Source: Cytophagaceae bacterium
GTDB lineage: Bacteria; Bacteroidota; Bacteroidia; Cytophagales; Cytophagaceae
DNA: 64,000 bases
Direction of reading: 5' to 3'
NCBI GenBank assembly: GCA_046329235.1
Contig: JAXLVA010000001.1
Span: 2,513,409 to 2,577,408 of the forward strand
In this document: in pieces, positions 56,832 through 64,000 of the stretch
Position numbering within the stretch: the stretch's first letter is position 1
Layout of the letters: each line of letters opens with the position of its first letter
Program-made: the position numbers and the translations under genes
The notes under the pieces: generated by a model
What the model saw: the letters and a program-made list of their open reading frames with translations, nothing else
Told to the model about the DNA's origin: nothing
The model's database searches: none

Positions 56832-59291
56832 TCAGTCTTCTTCCGAATAATAAACTCTCTTCACTCTATCACCTATTCCCGTCAGCACTTCGTAGCCAAT
56901 TGTGCCAATTTTATCGGCGAGTTCTTGAATGGGTGGATTCTCACCAAAAAGTATCACTTCGTCTCCTACTTCGCAAGTGATATCGGTTACGTCCACCATA
57001 GACATATCCATACACACGTTGCCAATGATTTTACAACGCTTACCATGAATTAACACTTCGCCTACGCCGTTGCTTAATCTACGATCATAGCCATCCGCGT
57101 AACCCACTTCAATAGTAGCCACCTTAGTAGTGCGCTGTGCTGTCCACTTTCTGCTGTATCCTACCGAGGTGCCGCTTTCTACTTCTCGTATTTGAGAGAT
57201 GTGTGTTTTCAAGGTGCTCACCGCACGCAATTCATTTTGAAACAATCCGGAGCTTTCCACTCCGTATAAACCTATTCCTAATCGCACCATGTCTAAATGT
57301 GCCTCCGGCAAACGTAATATAGCTGCCGAGTTGGCTGCATGTCTTAGGAAGGTATAGTTTAATTGCTTTGCAATAGTATCTGTAATCTCTTGGAAAGATT
57401 TTAATTGATCTCTAGTAAATGTATCATGTAAAGCTTCATCCGAACCCGCAAGGTGTGTAAAGCAACTCGCTACTTTCAACTGCGGATGTTCTGCTAATAC
57501 TTTTAATACCGCAGGCACATCGCTCGGTGCTAAACCTAAACGGCGCATACCGGTATCCCATTTTAAATGGATACTCATGGGTTGTGTAGACCAGCCTGCA
57601 ATTTCTGCCCACTTCTCTAACACATCTAGTCGGTATATCTCCGGCTCTAAGTGATGCGTAATCATTCGATCAATCGCTTCCACCTTCGCATTCATCACCA
57701 TGATGGGAATGGTCACGCCTTGTTCACGTAAACGTACACCTTCGTCGGCATAGGCTACGGCTAAGTAATGAACACCATGGTGTTGCAACAACTGCGCTAC
57801 TTCGTAAGAGCCGCTGCCATAAGCTAATGCTTTCACCATGGCCATCACCTTTACACCCGGTTGCAAGCGCGAACGATATACGTTCAGGTTGTGCAACAAA
57901 GAGTTTAAGTTAACTTCTAAGCGCGTCTCGTGTTGTTTGTATTCCAGTGCATGTACAATTTTCTCAAAGGAAAATTTACGTGCACCTTTAATCAATATAA
58001 TTTCTTTATGGAAAGTCATGGCAGTAGTGTCTGCCATTAATTCATCTACCGAATTAAAATGTTGTGTCTTCTCAAACGTATAAGATGCTAAACGCTGACT
58101 GTCTTTTCCTACGGTAATGACTTTAGTGACACCCGCTGCCTTCAGCATGGTAGCGATGCGCGCGTACAAGTCATCTTGTGAAGCGCCACTCTCCAATACA
58201 TCGGAAAGAATGATGGTTCTTTTAGCACGCTGGCGCACATGTTGCATAAAGTCGAGTGCCATTTGCAATCCTGCCACATCATTGTTGTAGGTATCATCAA
58301 TAACGTAGGACTCCCCTTTGGCTTCTTTCACCTCCATGCGCATGTGCAATGGATGCAATTGGTGAATGCGTTTTTGTATGTCTTGTAAAGGATAACCTAA
58401 ATACGTCATCACTGTTACTACGTGCATACTATTCTCTACCGAAGCTTTATCTATAAATGGAATGTGCAACACACCGGACCAATGTTGGGTCTTGATGTTG
58501 ACTGTAGTCTGTAAACCTTTTTGCTCAACAACTTCTCCTTGTACATTCGCCGATTGATTCTCTAAGGACCAAGTGAACAAAGGAAGTGATTTCACAGCAG
58601 CATGCTGAATGATAGATAAATGATCCGCACAAAGGATAACTACTTTTGCCTTTGTAAACAAAAGAGCTTTCTCTTGTATCTTTTCTTCGATGGAAGAAAA
58701 ACCTTCGTCATGTGCGGAGCCTATATTCGTGAAGATGCCAATACTCGGTTGAATAATTTTTTCTAATCGAGCCATCTCACCGGGTTGTGAGATACCGGCT
58801 TCAAAAATACCTAGTGTATGTAAATCGTTTAATGGCCATACCGACAAAGGCACGCCTATTTGTGAGTTGTAACTTTTAGGGTTACGAAGAATGGTGTAAT
58901 CGCTTTGCAACGTTTGATACAACCATTCTTTGACAATGGTCTTGGCATTGCTACCGGTAATACCAATCACTGGCAGTGTATACTTTTCTCTATGTGCTTG
59001 TACTAATTTTTGTAAGGCCTTCACCGAAGATGCCGTGTGAAAGAAGAAAGCATTCGGATAGTTCGAGGTATTGATTTCTTTTTCTACTACAAAACATCTT
59101 ACTCCTTTTTGATACGCTTGTGAAAGATATTGATGTCCGTCGTGATTTGTCCCAGCGATGGCAAAAAACACCGTTCCTTCTGGAGCTACTACTTTGCGAG
59201 AATCTAGCAACAGTTGAGAAAGAACTATATCTTCTTTCCCATACTGAAGGAATTTACCTTCGCATAGTGTTTCTATGTTTCGGAACAACAT
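56832..59291 (-). CDS. bifunctional UDP-N-acetylmuramoyl-tripeptide--D-alanyl-D-alanine ligase / alanine racemase
   Basis: 819 aa. The N-terminal MurF part has VIGITGSNAKT. The C-terminal Alr part has the PLP-lysine motif MAMVKALAYGSG and a C-terminal beta domain. Confidence 0.9.
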   Translation of the reverse strand: MLFRNIETLCEGKFLQYGKEDIVLSQLLLDSRKVVAPEGTVFFAIAGTNHDGHQYLSQAYQKGVRCFVVEKEINTSNYPNAFFFHTASSVKALQKLVQAHREKYTLPVIGITGSNAKTIVKEWLYQTLQSDYTILRNPKSYNSQIGVPLSVWPLNDLHTLGIFEAGISQPGEMARLEKIIQPSIGIFTNIGSAHDEGFSSIEEKIQEKALLFTKAKVVILCADHLSIIQHAAVKSLPLFTWSLENQSANVQGEVVEQKGLQTTVNIKTQHWSGVLHIPFIDKASVENSMHVVTVMTYLGYPLQDIQKRIHQLHPLHMRMEVKEAKGESYVIDDTYNNDVAGLQMALDFMQHVRQRAKRTIILSDVLESGASQDDLYARIATMLKAAGVTKVITVGKDSQRLASYTFEKTQHFNSVDELMADTTAMTFHKEIILIKGARKFSFEKIVHALEYKQHETRLEVNLNSLLHNLNVYRSRLQPGVKVMAMVKALAYGSGSYEVAQLLQHHGVHYLAVAYADEGVRLREQGVTIPIMVMNAKVEAIDRMITHHLEPEIYRLDVLEKWAEIAGWSTQPMSIHLKWDTGMRRLGLAPSDVPAVLKVLAEHPQLKVASCFTHLAGSDEALHDTFTRDQLKSFQEITDTIAKQLNYTFLRHAANSAAILRLPEAHLDMVRLGIGLYGVESSGLFQNELRAVSTLKTHISQIREVESGTSVGYSRKWTAQRTTKVATIEVGYADGYDRRLSNGVGEVLIHGKRCKIIGNVCMDMSMVDVTDITCEVGDEVILFGENPPIQELADKIGTIGYEVLTGIGDRVKRVYYSEED

Positions 59292-59296
59292 AGGGA

Positions 59297-60595
59297 TTAA
59301 TGATTGTTTGGCTTTTTAGCTGCTGCGGTAAGCGAATCGAAGTCGTGATACTTTCCTACTAAAATTAAACCTGCTGCCACGCAGAAGCTGGCTAGGATAA
59401 AATAAGCATATATAATGTTGTTGCCTTCTTCAAAAAACGGCAACACGAATAACACGATAAAGAATAATCGGAATAAGGTATTAATCACATTGAAGAAGCT
59501 GTTCACACGACCTGCTAATTCATTAGGGATTAAAGCAAACAAATAAGACACGCGGAAGATACGAGAACCTGCATTGGCAAATCCTTTCATCAAGGCTACT
59601 CCTAAGTAAATCATAACGGAGGAAGTAAACGAGCTTAAGAAGAAAACGCCGGCGGTCATGAACGTGATAATCAATATCGCTTTCAATAATGGCATTCTAC
59701 TAAAGAGTGTTTGAATGACTATACCGGAAAGTAAGGAACCGGTGGCATACATAAATTCTACCAAACCGATAACCTCTGCTCCTTCTCCTAAGTTGTTTTT
59801 AACATATAGCGGAATCAAACAGAAAATCTCTACGAGGACGACGACGAAAATAGCGTAGGAACAAATACCGAATAATAAAACCAGCTGATTTTTCATCAAG
59901 TAATCGTAGCCGGATTTTAAACGCTCATATAAAGTTCCTTCTTCGTTATGACTAACTCCCATCACCGTATTGTATTCAATCAACAGGATAATGATGAAAG
60001 ACACGAAGTAAGCAACGGCATCAAACAAGAAGATTTCATGGATTTCCAATTTAGGAATCGTTACATGTATGTTCCAGTCAAGCCCTATGGAAAGGAATGA
60101 AATATCTTTATTCAATCCGTCTAGAAACATAGTTCCCATAACGGCACCACCAATCGCGGTAGACTGACCTACGATTTCGATGATGGAAGTGATTTTGGTA
60201 TAATCTTTTGGGTCGGATAACTCTTGCGCAAAGGCGTAGAGATTAGGATAGTGAATTACGTAACCTAAGAACGTAGTGGTAAATACTAAGACAATGAGTT
60301 CGGTAGGTAATACACCTTCCTTAAAACCTAAAGACGATACGGAGAAGACAATTAAACCTCCTACGACGTTCGTTCCTAAGAACACATCTTTACGGTTGAA
60401 ACCATCGATTAATGCTCCGGCATATAATCCCCAGAACAAGGATAACAAAGTGACTACAGCAAAATACGCAATGAAGATATTCGCTTGGTTATTTACAGTA
60501 AAATACCAAGGAATAGCCAACATGGTCAAGCCTTGTGCAAAGCCCGCCACACCATTTGCGGTAAAAAGTATTGCTAATGATTTTTTATTAGTCAA
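59297..60595 (-). CDS. MFS transporter
   Basis: 432 aa with about 12 hydrophobic helices and an MFS-like N-terminus. Confidence 0.7.
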   Translation of the reverse strand: MTNKKSLAILFTANGVAGFAQGLTMLAIPWYFTVNNQANIFIAYFAVVTLLSLFWGLYAGALIDGFNRKDVFLGTNVVGGLIVFSVSSLGFKEGVLPTELIVLVFTTTFLGYVIHYPNLYAFAQELSDPKDYTKITSIIEIVGQSTAIGGAVMGTMFLDGLNKDISFLSIGLDWNIHVTIPKLEIHEIFLFDAVAYFVSFIIILLIEYNTVMGVSHNEEGTLYERLKSGYDYLMKNQLVLLFGICSYAIFVVVLVEIFCLIPLYVKNNLGEGAEVIGLVEFMYATGSLLSGIVIQTLFSRMPLLKAILIITFMTAGVFFLSSFTSSVMIYLGVALMKGFANAGSRIFRVSYLFALIPNELAGRVNSFFNVINTLFRLFFIVLFVLPFFEEGNNIIYAYFILASFCVAAGLILVGKYHDFDSLTAAAKKPNNH

Positions 60596-60627
60596 ATTTG
60601 TAATGAATATTGGTTAAAAATACGAAA

Positions 60628-61116
60628 ATGGACGGCAGAAAAAAACATAAAGTTTTGACTCCGGGGCAAGCCTTCGTAAAAATTTCTGCTTTTTGTGCCT
60701 ATCAAGAACGTGCTCATAAAGAAGTCTTTCAGAAGTTATACGAGTATGGTTTGAAAAAGTCGGAAGCGGAGGAGATAATCTCTCGCTTGATTACGGACAA
60801 CTTTTTGAACGAAGAGCGCTTTGCAAAGAGTTATGCGGGGGGTAAATTTCGCATGAAACGTTGGGGTAAAGTAAAGATTAAAAGAGAGTTAGAACTAAAA
60901 GGAGTTTCTGCTTACTGTATCCGCAAGGGCATGGAAGAGATTTCCGAAGAGGCTTATTGGGAGGTAATTTTGTCCGAATTGGGCAAAAAAACAGCTTCCA
61001 TTAAAGACCCGATGCCCCTCAAAAAGATCAAAGCCATCCGATATATGCTATCCCGGGGCTTCGAAAATGATTTGATAAAAGAGGCGTGGGAAACGCTGGA
61101 AGGTAAAAAAGCTTAG
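60628..61116 (+). CDS. recX: regulatory protein RecX
   Basis: Contains ISAFCAYQERAHKEV ... ERFAKSYAGGKFRMKRWGKVKIKRELELKG, typical of RecX. The ORF track starts at the TTG at 60610; the ATG at 60628 (MDGRKK) is likelier. Confidence 0.8.
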   Translation: MDGRKKHKVLTPGQAFVKISAFCAYQERAHKEVFQKLYEYGLKKSEAEEIISRLITDNFLNEERFAKSYAGGKFRMKRWGKVKIKRELELKGVSAYCIRKGMEEISEEAYWEVILSELGKKTASIKDPMPLKKIKAIRYMLSRGFENDLIKEAWETLEGKKA

Positions 61117-61192
61117 GGCCGAAGGCTAAAAGCAGGAGATCTCGTTGAAATCAGTCTAGTGATTTATCATAGAAGCTACTGCTTTAAAACAA

Positions 61193-61223
61193 AACCCTCA
61201 AGGTTATTAAAACCTTGAGGGTT
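61193..61223. terminator. hairpin between convergent recX and lysC, with the T-run on the lysC side
   Basis: aaccctcaaggtt attaa aaccttgagggtt form 13-bp arms. The minus strand continues ttttgtttt. Confidence 0.75.
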
Positions 61224-61326
61224 GAGATGAGCGTCAGAGTATCTTTTAACTCTTCACTGCTTTTAATCTTAATACTCTTACTTAATGCTTCTACTAAATA
61301 CTAACGACTCGTAGCTAAATACTATA

Positions 61327-62658
61327 TTAAACCGCTACTGCAGCAAAGAATAATTTCTCGTTGATTTCATTCAATGCTTGATTCTTGAATTCCGTATTGA
61401 TCAATACAGAAATATTGTTTTGGCTACCGCCATAAGAAATCATACGTACCGGAACTGTTTCTAACGCATCAAATAAACGTTTTGAAACGCCTACCTTATC
61501 TTTTCTGAAGTTACCTACGATACAGATAATCGTTTGGTCTTTGTCTACTTCAGTAATCGCAAAGTCGTTCAATTCAGAAATGATTTTACTTAAATTCTTA
61601 TCGTCATCAATAGTTAATGATACTGCTACCTCAGAAGTAGTAATCATATCTACCGATGTTTTATATTTTTCAAATACTTCAAATATTCTTCTTAAGAAAC
61701 CATACGCATTTAACATACGAGTAGAACGTACTGTGATAGCGGTGATACTATCTTTAGCTGCTACCGCAGTCACATCTCTTTCAGATTGTTTGCTTGTAAT
61801 TACTGTTCCTTTTTGCTCAGGCTGCATCGTGTTCAACAAACGAACAGGAACGTTACGGATGTGTGCCGGGCGAATACAAGTTGGGTGAAGAATTTTAGCA
61901 CCGAAATAAGCTAACTCGGCTGCTTCATCAAATGATAATTCTGGAATTGGATAGGTACGTTTTACGATACGTGGATCGTTGTTGTGCATACCATCGATAT
62001 CTGTCCAGATTTGAATTTCAGACAAACGTAAAGCGGCACCAATTAAAGTACCTGTATAATCCGAACCACCACGTTTCAAGTTGTCTACTTCTCCATCAGA
62101 GTTTAAGCAGATATACCCTTGAGTGATGTATAAATGTTTGTTTGGATTTTTTTCTAACTGCTCTTTTAATTTCTCTTCGATGTAATTCAACATCGGTTCG
62201 CTGTCCGCATCCGTCTTCATGAATTCCAAAGCAGGAAGAAGAACAGAGTTGTATCCTTTTTCTTCTAAGTAAGTTTGGAATAACTGAGTAGAAATTAATT
62301 CACCTTGTGCTAAGAACAAACGAGTTTCTTTATCGCCAAAAGAAGTACTGCCTACATAGCTACGAATTAAGTCTTCGTGTTTTTTAACAATCGCATGACC
62401 TTTTGCTTTCGCTTCTTTAGTCTCTACTAATTGTTCAACGAAATCAGTATAAGGAGTGAAAAGTTTTTTAATTGCTTCTTCCGCCGCTGCTTTATCCCCT
62501 TTAGTTAATTTATCAGCAATATCTACTAAGGCGTTGGTAGTACCTGACACGGCAGATAATACTACAATTTTAGAATCAGCATCCGAAATCAACTTTGCTA
62601 CCGAGTGCATACGCTCCGGTTTCCCTACTGATGTTCCGCCAAACTTTAATACTTTCAT
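61327..62658 (-). CDS. lysC: aspartate kinase
   Basis: 443 aa with MKVLKFGGTSVG, an amino acid kinase fold and a C-terminal ACT region. Confidence 0.92.
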   Translation of the reverse strand: MKVLKFGGTSVGKPERMHSVAKLISDADSKIVVLSAVSGTTNALVDIADKLTKGDKAAAEEAIKKLFTPYTDFVEQLVETKEAKAKGHAIVKKHEDLIRSYVGSTSFGDKETRLFLAQGELISTQLFQTYLEEKGYNSVLLPALEFMKTDADSEPMLNYIEEKLKEQLEKNPNKHLYITQGYICLNSDGEVDNLKRGGSDYTGTLIGAALRLSEIQIWTDIDGMHNNDPRIVKRTYPIPELSFDEAAELAYFGAKILHPTCIRPAHIRNVPVRLLNTMQPEQKGTVITSKQSERDVTAVAAKDSITAITVRSTRMLNAYGFLRRIFEVFEKYKTSVDMITTSEVAVSLTIDDDKNLSKIISELNDFAITEVDKDQTIICIVGNFRKDKVGVSKRLFDALETVPVRMISYGGSQNNISVLINTEFKNQALNEINEKLFFAAVAV

Positions 62659-62689
62659 AATATGTATTCGATTGAGAAATTTTAATTGG

Positions 62690-63178
62690 TTATATACTTA
62701 ATTGAAAAGCTAACATTTTTAAGGCAGTCATAGCTGCTTCGTCTCCTTTGTTGCCATGTTTTCCACCCGCACGATCCAACGCTTGTTGCTTGGTATTCGG
62801 AGTTAACACGCCAAAGATGACCGGTTTATTATACTTTAAAGAAACATTCGTAATGCCGTGTGCTACGGCATCACAGATGAAATCAAAGTGTTTCGTATCC
62901 CCTTGAATCACACAACCGATACAAATCACCGCATCGATAGACGCTTGTTCTGCCATCCACTGTGCACCTAAGGATAATTCATAACTTCCCGGAACATAAC
63001 GTGTGATGATATTCTCTTTAGGAATTCCGTATTGCTTTAATGTATCTACGGCGCCTTGGTATAAAGCACCTGTTACATCATCATTCCACTCAGATACCAC
63101 GATCGCAAATTTCTTTGCCGATAGGTCGGGAAGTTGAGTAGAAGCGAATACGCTTAAATTTTTATCTGCACTAGACAT
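62690..63178 (-). CDS. ribH: 6,7-dimethyl-8-ribityllumazine synthase
   Basis: 162 aa with FAIVVSEWNDDVT ... VPGSYELS ... GCVIQGDTKHFDF. Confidence 0.93.
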   Translation of the reverse strand: MSSADKNLSVFASTQLPDLSAKKFAIVVSEWNDDVTGALYQGAVDTLKQYGIPKENIITRYVPGSYELSLGAQWMAEQASIDAVICIGCVIQGDTKHFDFICDAVAHGITNVSLKYNKPVIFGVLTPNTKQQALDRAGGKHGNKGDEAAMTALKMLAFQLSI

Positions 63179-63193
63179 TACTTTTATTTCATT

Positions 63194-63230
63194 AAAAAAG
63201 GGATAAAACTTGATGTCCTATCCCTTTTTG
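63194..63230 (-). terminator. rho-independent terminator downstream of the TPR gene
   Basis: The minus strand reads gggata ... tatccc followed by tttttt. Confidence 0.65.
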
Positions 63231-63246
63231 TCATTCGAAGATTTTA

Positions 63247-63933
63247 TTACTGATTCGATGCTGCAAGGGATGTTGCTCTCGCCTTAAACTTCTTGGCGTT
63301 GCTTACATCTTGAGATCTTGGGTATTCCTTTATAATAACATCGTAAGTTTCGATAGCATCGTTGAACTTACCTGCTAATTCTTGAGCAAGACCTAACTTA
63401 ATCATATAGATAGTAGACACTTGATCATTTGGTAAATAACCGGAAGCTTTCTTATAATATTTGATAGCGTTTTCAGAATCGTTTTTCTCAGAATACGCAT
63501 CACCCATCAAAGCCCAAGCTCTTGCTTGAATCAATCCGTTGTTAGAGCTATACTTATCAAGGAATTCAATCGCTTGATCAAAGTCTTTCTTTTTCAAATA
63601 AATTGCCCCTACATAGTAAGCAGCTAATTTACCGGATTGTGTAGCACCGTAAGCGTCTGCAATATCCAAGAAGCCTTGGAAGTCAGAACTACCTTTTAGA
63701 GCTAAATCTAATGAGTCTTGTTCAAACATCATTTGAGCTCTGTACATAGCAGCCGAAGCTTCTTTGTCTAGATTGTCGATATATAAACTATATCCAACCC
63801 AAGCTCCTACTACTAATACTACTGCGGCAACTGCACCTGCTAATAATTTGAAATTCTTTTGAAGAAAACCTTCAAAACCGGGATTCTCATTCACCACTGA
63901 AGTAGTGGTTGTATCTTTAATATCTTGCGCCAT
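63247..63933 (-). CDS. membrane-anchored tetratricopeptide repeat protein (YfgM-like)
   Basis: 228 aa with one TM helix (LLAGAVAAVVLVVGAWVGYSLY) followed by TPR-like helices. Confidence 0.7.
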   Translation of the reverse strand: MAQDIKDTTTTSVVNENPGFEGFLQKNFKLLAGAVAAVVLVVGAWVGYSLYIDNLDKEASAAMYRAQMMFEQDSLDLALKGSSDFQGFLDIADAYGATQSGKLAAYYVGAIYLKKKDFDQAIEFLDKYSSNNGLIQARAWALMGDAYSEKNDSENAIKYYKKASGYLPNDQVSTIYMIKLGLAQELAGKFNDAIETYDVIIKEYPRSQDVSNAKKFKARATSLAASNQ

Positions 63934-63940
63934 TTTAAAA

Positions 63941-64000
63941 TTATTCTGCTAAGAATGGATAGTCAGATTGAACGTAAACATCTTTGTATGCTTCAGATGG
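63941..64000 (-). CDS. 3' end of an unidentified gene running off the right edge
   Basis: My minus-strand translation gives ...PSEAYKDVYVQSDYPFLAE then a stop (TAA at 63943-63941). This is too short to identify. Confidence 0.3.
   Translation of the reverse strand, partial: PSEAYKDVYVQSDYPFLAE

Noticed and set aside
56711-57053. Two plus-strand ORFs (89 and 87 aa) at the right edge of the accessory segment
   Set aside because: They run through the CACCCTCTTTCTGTTTCT/(TGTTTC)3 repeat and then antisense into the 3' end of murF-alr.

Overview
This is a 64-kb chromosomal window from an AT-rich member of the Bacteroidota, probably a Cytophaga-like gliding, cellulolytic organism. That assignment is an inference from four things: T9SS type A and type B (CHU_C) C-terminal sorting domains, GH9 and GH8 enzymes, TAnnTTTG promoter boxes, and a MurF-Alr fusion.

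Gene content, left to right:
- 1-6.5 kb: a minus-strand leuA-leuC-leuD-leuB-ilvD-ilvB(partial) operon.
- 6.9-12.5 kb: a small outer-membrane beta-barrel, a T9SS type B cargo and a 972-aa T9SS type A cargo. The start codon of the last is abutted by 13 perfect 10-bp repeats.
- 12.7-15.3 kb: a vWA / AAA+ (ChlI-like) gene pair.
- 15.7-21.5 kb: an RND efflux triad.
- 21.6-31 kb: housekeeping genes (aldose epimerase family, TerC, OmpA-family, purE, purK, a porin, gpmI). The porin is bracketed by two copies of a GC-rich long-hairpin element.
- 31.1-33.2 kb: DUF4783, nadC, a 14 x 7-bp tandem repeat and a YcxB-like gene.
- 33.3-47.6 kb: four T9SS cargo genes, including a GH9 endoglucanase, a 1137-aa protein with 9 Ig-like repeats, and a 1785-aa GH8-CBM9 protein with 8 near-identical 276-bp repeats.
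- 47.8-50.1 kb: feoAB.
- 50.15-56.83 kb: an accessory segment. It holds a GC-rich structured non-coding region, a C-M-R type II restriction-modification cassette with an M.HaeIII-like methyltransferase, a lipoprotein, a Crp-like regulator, an MBL hydrolase, a methyltransferase-like protein and a small OMP.
- 56.8-64 kb: murF-alr fusion, MFS transporter, recX, lysC, ribH and a TPR protein.

I saw no rRNA, tRNA, CRISPR array, transposase or integrase.

The signals that ordinary gene calls do not explain are:
- a family of G5/C5-containing palindromic intergenic elements with compensatory arm changes;
- perfect short-period tandem repeats placed directly at start codons;
- a stop-codon-rich AGTATTTAG word motif shared downstream of unrelated genes;
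- recombining Ig-like repeat arrays in adjacent surface glycoside hydrolase genes.

Everything was done by eye. No similarity search, folding or composition statistics were run, and coordinates of small motifs are +/-2 nt.
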